A stretch of DNA of 63,791 nucleotides, counting the filler, from Chiloscyllium plagiosum (Eukaryota): the NCBI RefSeq assembly GCF_004010195.1. It is 11 parts of 11 records of this genome, joined end to end, with 100 filler letters (N's around TTAATTAATTAA, not from the genome) between each part and the next. Parts side by side here need not be neighbours in the genome. Positions count along the whole stretch, not along the records: positions 1 to 27,316 come from NC_057723.1; 10 more parts are not named here. One strand, 5' to 3'. Positions 1 through 12,362 of this stretch are shown here, one piece after another. Under the pieces are notes generated by a model. The model was given only the letters and a program-made list of their open reading frames with translations. It was not told where the DNA came from and did not search any database. The position numbers and the translations under genes were made by a program. Numbering within the stretch: the stretch's first letter is position 1; each line of letters opens with the position of its first letter.

Positions 1-348
1 CCCACCCTGTTCCCACATTAACACCCCACTCTGTTCCCACATTAACACCCCGCCCTGTTTCCACGTTAACACCCCACCCTGTTGCCACATTAACTCCCTG
101 CTCTGTTCCCACAATAACATCCCACCCTGTTCCCACATTAACACCGCACCCTGTTCCCACATTAACACCTCGCCCTGTTTTCACTTTAACATCCCATCCT
201 GTTCCCACATTAATATCCTACCCTGTTCCCACATTAACTCCTCACCCTGTTTCCACTTTAACACCCCACCCTGTTCCCACATTAACACCCCATCCTGTTC
301 CCACTTTAACACCCCACCATGTTCCCACTTTAACCCTCCACCCTGTTT
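1..348. repeat. 24-bp minisatellite (CCCACCCTGTTCCCACATTAACAC), about 14 copies
   Basis: Degenerate tandem units visible from base 1. Confidence 0.9.
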
Positions 349-359
349 CCTGACCAACA

Positions 360-800
360 TCTCTGTCTCAGGCTTGCTGCAGTGCTCCAGTGAAGCTCAG
401 CACAAGCTGGAAGAACAGCACCTCATGTTCTGCTTGAGGACCCTGCAGCTCTCCAGGCTCAGTATCACGTTCAATAATTTTAGGGCCTGAACTCTCCAAT
501 GTCCTTATCCCAACCCCAACACCCTAGGCCTTGTTTTCACACAGTCTGCCATTATGAACAACCCATTGTTAGTCACTAACATTTATTCACACCTTTGTCG
601 TCCAACTGTTCTTCTCTTTCTTTGGGCTCTATTCCCACCTACTGTTTTCTCCTTACCCTCTACCCCCACCCTACATTCTGCATATAAACTAATATTCCTA
701 GCTGCCATCAGTTCTGAGGATGGATCACCTGCTCTGAAACGTAAGCTCAGATTTCTCTCTGCAGATGTTGCCAGACCTGTCCAGCTTTTCCAGCAATTTC
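360..800 (+). mobile_element. Penelope-like element 3' fragment (GIY-YIG C-terminus plus terminal repeat)
   Basis: Translates HKLEEQHLMFCLRTLQ, like the PLE endonuclease end; degenerate hammerhead-like core CTGAGGA...GAAACGT near 713-742. Confidence 0.6.
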
Positions 801-1046
801 CAGCTCTGAGACATTGGCTTCACAGAAACGCAGGGCAATGGGTATTGAGTTACTGTGGCAGTGGGGAGGTGGTGCTGTTTCTGAGGATGTGTATACAAGT
901 TAATCCTGTAGCTGTAGTTGGAAAAGAAGCTTAGAGATCAGGAATGGAGAGGAATATGTATGAGACCTTATTATGGATAAGATGGGATGATGTGCTACAT
1001 TCAGTGTCAGTGGCTGCTGATGGTAATCTTGGCAAAGGAGTGTCTT

Positions 1047-1360
1047 GATTAGGTTAGATTCCCTACAGCGTGGAAACAGGCCCTTCAGCCCACCAAATCC
1101 ACACCGACCCTCTGAAGAGTAACCCACCCAGACCCCTTTCCCTCTGACTAATGCACCTAAAACTATGGACAATTTAGCATGGTCAATTCACCTGACCTGC
1201 ACATCTTTGGACTGTGGGAGGAAACCGGAGCACCCCGAGGAAACTCACCCAAACACAGGGAGAAGATGCAACTTCCACACAGTCACCCGAGGCTGGAATC
1301 GAACCTGGGAACCTGGTTGCTGTGAGGCAGCAGTGCTAACCACTGAGCCACTGTGCTGCC
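1047..1360 (-). mobile_element. HE1-type tRNA-derived SINE
   Basis: Reverse complement starts GGCAGCACAGTGGCTCAGTGGTTAGCACTGCTGCCTCACAGC (A box), has a GGTTCGATTCC B box and a LINE-derived 3' tail. Confidence 0.85.
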
Positions 1361-2002
1361 CCAACTTAGTGTTGGAGAAAGGATAGAAATTAAACTGAAA
1401 TGATTCAAATAAGAAGGAATTGGAAAAAATAATGACATTCAGATATTCAGGAACAGGAGTGACATTGGCAGTGGAAGGAGAGGAAGGCATTGATGATGGA
1501 GGAAACTGGGATTTGATTTTACATCATAGCCACCAGCTCTGATCCTGACATTGCCTGGAATTAACGGATTGAGTGAAATCAGGATGTGAACTTCATTTAT
1601 TCCCACTCCTTCGTCTCAGCAAGGGCTTCATCAAAACCCTGTCAAGCCCATCGAATGGGATCGTAAAGTTAAAAACTGCCCCAAGACCCATTCATGGAAT
1701 ATTGTGTTTGTGTGTATGTGTGTGTGAATCGAGGAATTCCAAATATTTGAAAACGAGTAATGTACAGGGTTACACTGAGAAAGCAGGAGAACGGCACTAA
1801 AGGATCATTCAGGGAGTTTTAAATAGAATTACTAATTGGATAGGTGTGCTGCTGGTGAGGCTCACGTTTACTGTCCAGAGAGCAGTTAGAAGTCATTTAC
1901 ATTGTTGTAGGTCTTGGGTCCCATGTAGGCCTGACCCTGTAAGGATGGCAGTTTCCTTCCCCAAAGAACATCAGTGAACCAGATGGGTTTTTACATGATA
2001 AA

Positions 2003-3460
2003 AAGTAGAGGACCCAGCACCGATCCTTGTGGCACTCCACTGGTCACAGGCCTCCAGGCTGAAAAACTACCCTCCACCACCACCCTCTGTCTTCTACCTT
2101 TGAGCCAGTTCTGTATCCAAATGGCTAGTTCTCCCTTTATTCCATGAGATCAAACCTTGCTGATCAGTCTCCCATGGGGAACCTTGTCGAACGCTTTACT
2201 GAAGTCCATATAGATCACATCTACCATTCTGCTCTCATCAATCCTCTTTGTTATTTCCTCAAAAAATTCAATCAAGTTTGTGAGACATGTTTTCCCACGC
2301 ACAAAGCCATGTTGACTGTCCCTAATCAGTCCTTGCCTTTCCAAATACATGTACATCCTGTCCCTCAGGATTCCCTCCAACAACTTGCCTACCACTGAGG
2401 CCAGGCTCACCGGTCTATAGTTCCCTGGCTTGTCCTTACCACCNNNNNNNNNNNNNNNNNNNNNNNNNNNNNNNNNNNNNNNNNNNNNNNNNNNNNNNNN
2501 NNNNNNNNNNNNNNNNNNNNNNNNNNNNNNNNNNNNNNNNNNNNNNNNNNNNNNNNNNNNNNNNNNNNNNNNNNNNNNNNNNNNNNNNNNNNNNNNNNNN
2601 NNNNNNNNNNNNNNNNNNNNNNNNNNNNNNNNNNNNNNNNNNNNNNNNNNNNNNNNNNNNNNNNNNNNNNNNNNNNNNNNNNNNNNNNNNNNNNNNNNNN
2701 NNNNNNNNNNNNTCCTTCTTTTTCTTAACCAAACCCTCAATTTCTTTAGTTATCCAACATTCCCTATACCTACCAGCCTTCCCTTTCACCCTGACAGGAA
2801 TATACTTTCTCTGGACTCTGGTTATCTCATTTCTGAAGGCTTCCCATTTTCCAGCCGTCCCTTTACCTGCGAACATCTGCGTCCAATCAGCTTTTGAAAG
2901 TTCTTGCCTAATACGTTTCTCCAATTTAGAACTTCAACTTTTAGATCTGGTCTATCCTTGTCCATCACTATTTTAAATCTAATAGAATCATGGTTGCTGG
3001 CCCTAAAGTGCTCCCCCACTGACACCTCAGTCACCTGTCCTGCCTTATTTGCCAAGAGTAGGTCAAGTTCTGCACCATCTCTAGTAGGTACATCCACATA
3101 CTGAATCAGAGAATTGTCTTTTACACACTTAAGAAATTCCTCTCCATTTAAACCTTTAACCTATGGCAGTCCCAGTCTATGTTTGGAAAGTTAAAATCCC
3201 CTACCATAACCACCCTTTTATTCTTGCAGATAGCTGAGATCTCCTTACAAGTTTGTTTCTCAATTTCCCTCTGACCATTGGGGGGTCTATAATACAATCC
3301 CAATAAGGTGATCATCCCTTTCTTATTTCTCAATTCCACCCAAATAACTTCCCTGGATGTATTTCCGGGAATATCCTCCCTCAGCACAGCTGTAATGCTA
3401 TCCCTTATCAAAAATGTCACTCCCCCTCTTCTCTTGCCTCCCTTTCTATCCTTCCTGTAA
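2003..3460 (-). mobile_element. CR1-clade LINE ORF2 fragment (endonuclease to RT), degraded, spans an N gap
   Basis: Motifs GLYYRPP, GDFNFPNIDW, LDLLL, PGNYRPVSL, QHGF, YMDFSKAFDKVPH. Confidence 0.95.
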
Positions 3461-4547
3461 ACTTTGTAAATTTATTTCTGACACGTTTCTAATAAATGAA
3501 TCCATACATTTTCTAACAAAATAGCGATGGACCATATAAAACAGAAACAGCATTGCAAACCATTTCCAGAATGACTCATGTGTTCTCTGGGCAACTTAGT
3601 GCTGCATGGTACAGTTCTGGTAATTTATCACTTGTGGTTAGTGAGATGTTTTGTTCGTTCAGGTAAACGTTACTGAATTTAAATGGGACTATCTTTGACC
3701 GCAGTATCCAATGGGTTCCGAGAGATTGTTCCATTACGCTCGCTGGAACTCAGTGTTGTGTTGATGACTCCACGTGTGGAAGTTCTCAGACTAAAGTCCC
3801 AGGGTCAAATCTTCCTGAACGATGCGGGCAATACTCCCACGTACCCTACAGAAACTACCCAGCAGCAGTTACTGAGCAGGAGGTCTGAGCTGTTAGCTGG
3901 TTCCTGCAGTTTGCTCCTTGGCTGTTCTGGGCTTTCAGACTCCAGCAATTGGGGGCTGGCTTTGGAGATGTAGCAGCCTTACTGCAGAGTCACGGCACAT
4001 CTCTGACCGACCCACCCCCCACCTCCCTCCCCATTACTGTATAGCTCTGCACTTTAATGCTACACTTTGGAACACACTGCCACCTTTCATTGGAATCTCA
4101 CCACCAGGCCACTGGGTAGGGGAGACGAGGATGGTGGAACCTCACCAATTAGATCAGGGAGCATCTTAGCTCTCATCCCCTGCTCTGTTAGGGCTCCATC
4201 ACCTTGGGCCCTCTATGGTGATCACGGTGTCTCTGCCTTGCCTTGCCAACATACACAGTCTCCCCTCAGTCAGAATGAAGGCTAATGCCTGGCCTTACTG
4301 AGTATCCACGGAAGTGGGCATCTCACGTTGCTGTTTCATCACCCTCATACCTACACCATGTCAGCACCATAGGCCTCACCCAGACAGTATAGCAGTGCTC
4401 CTCCTTTAGCCTCCAGTCACAGGCCAGTCTCTGATATCAGACCAGGGGCTTGGCTATGGTTAAACTCCCACCGGCGTGGTCAGTGTTAGAGGGTCCATTA
4501 CCACTCCACTCTGGGAAATGGGGCACGGTCAGCGCAACCAGGTTAGG

Positions 4548-4682
4548 GATCAACAGAGATCAGTCAGGGGTCTCCATGGAGATCAACACAGAGATCAGTC
4601 AGGGGTTTCCATGGAGATCAACACAGAGATTAGTCAGGGTGTTTCATGGAGATCAGTCAGGGATCTTCACAAAGATCAGTCA
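4548..4682. repeat. 35-bp tandem repeat (GGAGATCAACACAGAGATCAGTCAGGGGTTTCCAT), about 3.5 copies
   Basis: Direct repeats at 35-nt spacing. Confidence 0.8.
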
Positions 4683-5101
4683 TCAATTGCTGTCCATTTA
4701 AGTTGCAACATCGAGGGCCCAAGGGTCTGTACTGAGCTGTAATGTTCTATGTTCTATTGATGTATATTAATGTATTGATGAGTATTGACGAGTATTGATG
4801 TTCAAAGTTTGTGTATTGATGAGTACAGTATTGATGAGTATTGATGGGTATGAACTTGTCTTTGCAATGAAGTGCCACCTGGGTGCAGCCAGAGGGGTTT
4901 ATTTCCTGTTGACCTCCCGGTGTGTGCCTTGTGAGTAGTTGCTGTTGGTTAGCAGGGTATGGCTGAGTTGGAAAACTGGAGCCAGTCCAGGCAATTCCAG
5001 AAGGTGTTGGCAGTGCCCAATACTTGCACCATTGCTGAGCGCCAGGTGGCACAGGAGGGGGCCAGAGGAGTGGTGCAAGCACAGTGGATGAAATTGAGAG
5101 A

Positions 5102-5171
5102 GGGAACTCCCCAGGCTCGGTCAGTTGCTGGCTCCTAGTTTCGTTTTCAGTTGTTTCCTGAGTATTATAAA
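5102..5171 (+). promoter_or_regulatory. Putative promoter of the S1 gene: kappaB site, ISRE, Ets site, TATA box
   Basis: GGGAACTCCC 5102-5111 fits GGGRNNYYCC; AGTTTCGTTTTC 5137-5148 fits AGTTTCNNTTTC; GTTTCCTG 5153-5160; TATAAA 5166-5171; all 250-320 bp upstream of ATG 5422. Confidence 0.55.
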
Positions 5172-5421
5172 GAACAGAAAGTTCTGGCGAAACTCAACAG
5201 GTCTGGCAGGACTTAATCTCGCTTTATTTCCTGCATGACATCTTGGGGCTCCCCCGGCTTGTGCTGACAGCTCATTCCCAAAAAAATATAATAATAGTGT
5301 GACTGCAACCCTTTCTCGGTGGGGAACAGCAGAGAGGGAATTACAAAACCCATTGTTCAGTGCGGAACGGACCTCTCTGTGAATCGTAAAAGCGCTTGAG
5401 GAGAGAAACCGAGCTGTTAAA

Positions 5422-5458
5422 ATGTTCTGCATCTTTTTCCTGGTGACCCTGTGGCCGA
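5422..5458 (+). CDS. S1 non-rearranging V-C1-C1-TM gene (UrIg2-like), exon 1: split leader
   Basis: ATG...MFCIFFLVTLWP then phase-1 donor A|GTAAGG; 94-bp intron to the V exon. Confidence 0.8.
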
Positions 5459-5552
5459 GTAAGGAGCGAGTTCCCTTGAGTTTGTGTTTATCCTCATCCC
5501 CACTGTCTCTGGTTGCGCCCCACTTGACCATTTTCTGTCTTGTCCATTTCAG

Positions 5553-5903
5553 ATCCAGTTGTATCTCACACTGCTCTGTTTATACCTTCGGCTACTGTCC
5601 TCGGGCAAGAGGGAGGATCAGCAACGCTAAAGTGTTCAAGTTCTAATACGGAACTCCTTATGAAATGGGGCTATGTCACCCCTGGCTCTTCAGAAACCAA
5701 ATGGCTCTTGTACTGGAGCCCGGGAAGGTCAATCGCTGCTCGAATGCCAGGGATCGAGGCTCGATTTTCCGAATCCAGAGCCAGCAAATACTCCTTAAAA
5801 ATCGATAACTTGAGAGCGGAGGATTCCGCCACCTATTACTGTCAGAGCGGGGAGGATGGAGCTGACTGGTGTGGCTGTGGGATCACGCTGAAGGTGAAAC
5901 CAA
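5553..5903 (+). CDS. S1 gene exon 2: germline-joined VJ-type V domain
   Basis: Acceptor TTTCAG|, donor A|GTAAGT, 351 nt. Motifs ATLKC, MKWGY, LLYW, RF, YSLKI, EDSATYYC, then G strand DWCGCGITLKV with no RSS. Confidence 0.93.
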
Positions 5904-7132
5904 GTAAGTGAGAGGGAACACTGAAGCAGGTCAGAGCATTAACTCTGGCTGTGAAAATGGAACAAAGTGTGTAATGTTCCCCCAGATGACGAGGAGGAAT
6001 GATGTAAAGGTTGTTTGAGATCCATTTAGAAATATTTTACTTACAGGTAGTAATCGATCCTGACTTGGTTGATATTAGTCACTGGGATATTTCACCCTCA
6101 CTGTGATCATTCAGGTCTTCCCAACATCTTGCAGTTTTTTTCAAATCAATTTGTTCAGAGATATTATTGCACACCCCTGGACATGAACCCAGGCCTCCAG
6201 CTCCAGAGGTAGGGACATTACAACAGCACTACAAGACCCTTTGTGAGTAACACAAGCCTGGCAACTGGACACAGCCAGTTGGATTAAAGTGATGTGAATT
6301 GAATAGAATAGTCATAGAGCCATCCAGCACAGTTCCGTCCAACCTGTCCATGCTGACCATAATCCCAAACTAATCTAGTCCCACCTGCCTGCTCCTGGCC
6401 CATATCCCTCCAAAGGTTTCCCTTTTCATGTACTTATCCAAATGTCTTTTAAATGTTGTAATTCCACATCCACATCCACCACTTTCTCAGGAAGTTCATT
6501 CCTCACACAAAACACCCTCTTTGTAAAAAGGTTGCCCCTCATGTTTTTTTAAAATCTGTCTCTGCTCACCTTAAAAATGTACCCCTTAGTCTTGAAATCC
6601 CCCCCCCACTAAGGAAAAGACACCTGCCAATAGCATTTCCCTGGTGTAGATGGATCAGGTCACATCACTGGGGGGTGAACCTGGTACAGATGAGCTGAAA
6701 TCACAGGCGTATTGGTGTACAAGAAGACCATTCAGTCTACTGTGTCTCTGCCAGCTGACCAATTGATCAATCCACGTAGTCCTATTCTCCAGCCTTCTTC
6801 CTTTGACCCCAAACATTGCTCCTTTTCAAATAACTGTCTAATTTCCTTTTGACAGCCTCCGTTAAACCCTGCTTTCGGGCAGTGCATTCCAAATCCTAAC
6901 CACTCACTCCATGAGAAAAGCTTTTCCTCATGTCTTATTTGCTTTGTTTAGCAATTACTTTGAGTCTGTGTCCTCTCATTCTTAGATCTATCATGAGCGG
7001 GAGTGCTTCCTCCCTGTTAATTCTGTCTAACCCTCACATTCAGATTTCCTGTCAGCCTTCAAGAGGAATGACCCCACCTTCTCCAATCTACCTCCATAAC
7101 TGAAATTCCTCAGCCCTGGACCCCAAACTAGT

Positions 7133-7570
7133 GAGGTAAAAACATTGACTGCAGATGCTGGAATCCAGATTCTGGATTAGTGGTGCTGGAAGAGCACAGC
7201 AGTTCAGGCAGCATCCAAGGAGCTGATGAAGGGCTTTTGCCCGAAACGTCGATTTCGAAGCTCCTTGGATGCTGCCTGAACTGCTGTGCTCTTCCAGCAC
7301 CACTAATCCAGAATCTGGATTCCAGCATCTGCAGTCAATGTTTTTAGCCACGGGGCGGTGTGGTTGATTGGTGCAGGTGTCCCGGAGATGTTCCCTAAAG
7401 AGCTCTGCTAGGAGGCGCCCAGTTCTCCCCTCCCCCATCCTCCTCCAGCTTATCTCTCCACGCTTCAGGCTCACTGCCTTTATTCCTGATGAAGGGCTTT
7501 TGCCCGAAACGTCGATTTCAAAGCTCCTTGGATGCTGCCTGAACTGCTGTGCTCTTCCAGCACCGCTAAT
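7133..7570. mobile_element. Penelope-like insertion with inverted terminal-repeat arms and two hammerhead cores
   Basis: Minus-strand GIY-YIG remnant (GRTGRLLAELFREHLRD); CTGATGAAGGGCTTTTGCCCGAAACGTC at 7223 and 7486; flanked by CCCAAACTAGT at 7122 and 7571. Confidence 0.8.
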
Positions 7571-8239
7571 CCCAAACTAGTAAGACTTTGTCCGTGTTCT
7601 CTCCAAAGGCTTTACCATTCTTCCTAAAGTACAGCACCAGTCCCAGGCACAATGTTCCAGCTAAGGTTCAACTAGGTGTCTTGTATAAGTTCACTATGAC
7701 CTTCTTGTTCTTATGCTTTGCCCCTATTAATAAAGTCTCAGTTCCTCAATTTGTTCTGCCATCTTTAATGACAAATGCACCGATATATGCAGGTCCCTCA
7801 CTCCTGCACCTCTTTAAAGATGCATCTTTTAGTTTACATCTCCCTGTTCTTTCGATCAAAATGTGTTGCCTTCCTTCTGCACAATTAACTCCACCTGTCA
7901 CTCACTCCACCAACGTGTACCTGCCCTTTTGAAGTTCTGCATTATAATTTGCGCAGTTTACAATCCTGCCTGGTTTTGTGTTGTCTGTACATTTTGAAAT
8001 GTGTACCAAAGAAGTGAAAACTGACATATACATCAGGAAAAGCCAGGGGTCGAGTACTGACGCTTAAAAACTGAACTACGAACCCTCCCCTGAAAAAACA
8101 TCTAATCATCATGACTCTCTGTTTGTTGTCACTCAGTCACTGTTTGTCTCCATGTTGCTGTTGCCTGTTTTACTCCACGAGTTCGAACTTGGCTCACTTA
8201 ATCAAATATTTTCTGGAAGTCTGTGTCAGATCAATACCA

Positions 8240-8950
8240 ATACCTGCTCACCACCTTCTGTTACACCATCTAAAACCTCCAGCAAGTTCGATAAAAATGC
8301 TTTTCCCTGAGATAATTCGTGTTGTTTCTCCTGCATTGTCCATGCAACTGCTGATTACATCCTGAAGCAGGGTCCCAAGAAATTTCCCGACTACTGATGT
8401 TAAACTAACTGGCCTGTGGTCAGTTGGTTTATCTTTACATTCAGTTTTGAACAACTGCATAATGTTCGCAATTCGTCAGTCCTCTGTCACCACCCCTCTG
8501 TATCGAGAACAGAAATTATTGCCAGTGTCTTGGTAATTTCTGTTCTCTCTTCCCTCATCGTACATAGACACATTGAGCTGGACAGCACGGAAACAGACTC
8601 TTCGGTCCAACTCGTCCATGCCAACCAAATATCCTAACTTAATCTAGTCCCATTTGCCAGCATTTGGCCCATATTCCTCTAAACTCTTCCTATTCATTTA
8701 CCCATCCAGATGCCTTTTAAATGCTGTAATTGTACCAGCCTTCTCCACTTCCTCTGGCAGCTCATTCCATACACACACCACCCTCTGCAAATGTTACCCT
8801 TTAAATCTTTCCTCTCTCTCCCTAGACCTATGACCCTCTAGTTTTGGATTCCCCCACCCAGGGGAAAGATCTTGTCTATTCACCCTATCCATGCCCAATT
8901 ATGATTTTCTAAACCTCTATAAGGTCATTCACCTCTTATAGAATAGCCCC
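8240..8950 (-). mobile_element. Degraded CR1 LINE RT and 3'-end fragments
   Basis: DHRPVSLTSVVGK motif; CR1 3' end sequence at 8560-8950. Confidence 0.75.
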
Positions 8951-9532
8951 AGCATATTTTGAATGCAACTCATGCAAAACACTCATAGGTTCTGAGGTTG
9001 GTGGGATATGGGTTGGAATAACGTACATGAAGGGCAGTTGTTAGGAGGCATAGGTTAGCATGGGATATGAGGGATTATGGGAAAAAATGAGCACTTCAGG
9101 TGCTGGAGATCAGAGTCGAAGAGTGTGGGGCTGGAAAAGCACAGCTGGTCAGGCAGCATCCGGGGAGCAGGAGAATCAATGTTTTGAGTGTAAGCTCCTC
9201 TTCATCGGGAATAATCAGGAGGGATTGTGGAGGTGTGTATAGAGACATAAGGTGTATTAGAGGCTTTGAAGGGCAATGCTGAAGAGTAGGGCGTGGAGGT
9301 TATGCAGGATTTTAAGGTGGGGGTATGGGAGCATTGGTCTTTATAGAGCAGTATGGAGCGGTGCATAGGATGGAGGAGGGGTGAGGCCTTTCTTTTACTG
9401 TCTTATATCTGTCCCAGTGAGTGAACGTTGAACAGCTTGGACAGTTAGTCTCTATTCTCCAGAAATACTCAAGCCCCGAACTGCCCAATGGCTATGATGA
9501 AAATTAACCACCTTTTCTCCTTGTAATTTCAG

Positions 9533-9850
9533 CTGTTTTGCCAAGACCACCCTCTGTGAATCTGCATTACGCACCTCCACAGAAAGATTCCCAGCAGACG
9601 GAGAGCTCACTGCTTTGTGTGTCAAGAGGTTTTTACCCACAGAATATATCGGTGTCTTGGTATAAAGGGGACAGAGAGATATTTTCAGGCATCACACACT
9701 TACGTAGACTGGTGGATTCAAATGACTATTACAGTCTGATTAGTAAATTGGCAATTTCCACATCTGAGTGGCTCAGAGGTTCTCGTTACTCTTGTATTGT
9801 TTCACATGGAGCCCTGACTTCTCCACTCATCCGAAACATCAGCAAAAATG
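9533..9850 (+). CDS. S1 gene exon 3: C1-set constant domain 1
   Basis: Acceptor TTTCAG|, donor G|GTATGT, 318 nt, phase 1-1. Motifs PPSVNL, LLCVSRGFYPQNISVSW, YSLISKL, EW, YSCIVSH. Confidence 0.95.
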
Positions 9851-10677
9851 GTATGTCCATTGAACAGAATGTTTCCAGATCCTTTGTAGAAACCTTATTC
9901 TAACTGGCTCCCAATTAAGTCCCACCATTTTAACAGAACTTAGCCAATGTGTCTGTCACCAGCATTGGTGTAGTTTGTTGTATGTTTGAATGTTTCTTAA
10001 TGCAATCTCTCAGACATCTAAAGTACAAAACAGTTCTAGTTTAGATAAATTGCACTCAGGTATAAAACCTATAAACATTTCTAAAAAGGAATAAGGATGA
10101 TGCAGCTAATACGTTCTCTGAATTTAGTGTCTAAACCTTACCAATCTCACCAACTGATTGAAAGCTCATCTCTTTCCAGAAAAGCTCTTTATTTCTTTTG
10201 GACTTTTACTCTCTTGAACTAACTCTTTCCCAGTTAGCTAACAGCATTTCTCAGCTCTTAAATGGTTTCAAGTTGAAAAGGATTTGCCTGACTTCCCTTC
10301 TCCCTAACTTGTGTTCCCCAATAATTCTCAGGGGCATCATCTTCATCATTTGAATTGGGTCACTGGGAGGTTGCTTTTATTTGTTCCTGGGATGTGGTTG
10401 TCATTGGGAAGGTCAGGATTTATTACCTGTTCCAAGCTGTCCTAGAGATGATGGTGGTGAGTTGCATTATTGCAGATCATACTGTGTAGATACATCCACA
10501 GGGCTTTCAGAAAGGGAGCTCCTCAGTTCTGAATGTCTAATTGATTATGCTGTTGCAAAGTTATTAAGGAAAGTCACGCTCTCTGCCTTCACAACATGTT
10601 CGGTCAGGGGCATGTGATACAGCTGTAACTATTCTTGTAATCTCTGATCTAACGATCTGTTCCTGTCTTTGCTGGAG

Positions 10678-10998
10678 ATGGTTACATTCAGGAGTCTGTG
10701 ATCCAGCTGATCTCTCCTCGATCCGATGCTGTCTCTGCCAGGCAAAATGTCACAGTGACCTGTTTGGTGTCAGATTTTTACCCTGCCGATATTTCTGTGA
10801 CTTGGAGAGATGAGAATGGTCCAGTGGATACGGGAGTGACCCAGTTTGCAGTGGCTTTGGGCAGTACAGGCACCTACCGGACACTGAGCCAGCTGACTGT
10901 GCCGACAGCAGAGTGGGAGAGTAACCATACTTACTGGTGTGAAGTGAACCATGTGTCCCTGGTACAGACGCTACAGAGAGCGGTCACTAAGGATCTGG
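10678..10998 (+). CDS. S1 gene exon 4: C1-set constant domain 2
   Basis: Motifs TVTCLVSDFYPADISVTW, TYRTLSQL, EW, YWCEVNH; donor G|GTAAGG. The in-phase acceptor is the weak GAG at 10675-10677, giving 321 nt, the same length as C2 of the S4 relative. Confidence 0.92.
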
Positions 10999-12189
10999 GT
11001 AAGGTCTACATTGGTGTGCTGGCATGGAGGTGCTTTGGAAGTGTCTAGGTGGGCTCAGTGCATGTGGTGTGGGTAATTACAGGGTGTAAGTGTGGAGTTG
11101 TGGCAGAATCTATGTGTGGCGTTGTGTTGTCTGAGTCTTGGTTGGGTGTGGTTTATGGAAGAGAGTTGTTTATTCATTTGTAGGGCTGCCAGTCTGGTGT
11201 TTTTGAGTTGTGGGTTTTTGTACGTGTGGGTGGGGTGCTGGGGTTGGTCTGTCATATGCAAGTACGTGTAGATGGGGTTTCTGTTTGTGGGGCCTTACAC
11301 AGTATTGGCACTATCCGGGAAAACATTCTGACCACATGCAGAAATCCATGATTTCAGAGGTAGCATTTTTCTAACATGTGGATTGTTAAATCTGAAAACA
11401 AGCTAGACAGTAGGAAATACATGGCATCATTTGGGCTAAATTGCATTCATTTACACAGGGAAGCATTTGCAGATGAATTGTGGTGTACAGAGACACAGTG
11501 CCATTGGATTGGCACTGAATAAGAGTTGTGCAAAGTGTAGGAAATCTGCTTCCTTATTCTGAACAATGTAGAGCCCCAGCATTGATAAATTCTTGATGTC
11601 ACAAGGAATTAAGGGCTATGGGGAGAATGCGGGTAAGTGGAGTTGAAATGCCCATCAGCCATGATTGAATGGCGGAGTGGACTCGGTGGGCCGAATGGCC
11701 TTACTTCCGCTCCTATGTCTTATGGTCTTAGTGATTGCTCAAGTTGAAGTTAAGGTCCATGTAAGTGCACCAACCAAAGAGAAACATGTTTCTAAATAAG
11801 GAATACATATTCCATTGGTGGATTCTCCCAACTCTTTAAGATTAAGTGTTCAACAAAGAATATTCACTGTCTACATTCGTGTTGACTCACAAACGATGTT
11901 GGTTTTGAGATCTGACTGAAAAACTGTTACCAATGAAATCACTGTTGGAACGTAAAGTGAAGACAGTAGCTTTGTACCGCACTCACTCGTTACATTGGGA
12001 CCCGATTCCCTTTCCATGTGTCATGATTGCTTTCTGACAGTAACATCTTCCTGTGGATTTGTCCTGGTTAGTTACTTCCCCCCCTCCATGTAGTTGGCTT
12101 GAAACTACAGGCTCTAAGGTTGGCTATCAGAATAGCCTTGTATATAAATTTGCAAAATTCTATGATGTACTCCGCTAGACAAAGTTCCC

Positions 12190-12362
12190 ATGGCCAATCC
12201 TGCACATCTTTCTGACTGTGGGAGGAAACCAAAGCATCCAGAGGAAACCCCCACAGACACGGGGAGAATGTGCAAACTCCACACAGACAGTCACCCGAGG
12301 CTGGAATTGAACCTGGGTCCCTGGTGCTGTGAGGCAGCAGTGCTAACCATTGAGCCACCCCA
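12190..12362 (-). mobile_element. HE1-type SINE 5' part
   Basis: tRNA-like A and B boxes; translates to the typical MAQWLALLPHS pseudo-ORF. Confidence 0.85.

Noticed and set aside
1047-1360. tRNA genes
   Set aside because: A and B boxes belong to HE1-type SINE heads; no full cloverleaf.
10689-10691. CAG acceptor for S1 C2
   Set aside because: Gives phase 0, out of frame with the phase-1 C1 donor; the GAG at 10675-10677 keeps frame and matches the 321-nt exon in S4.
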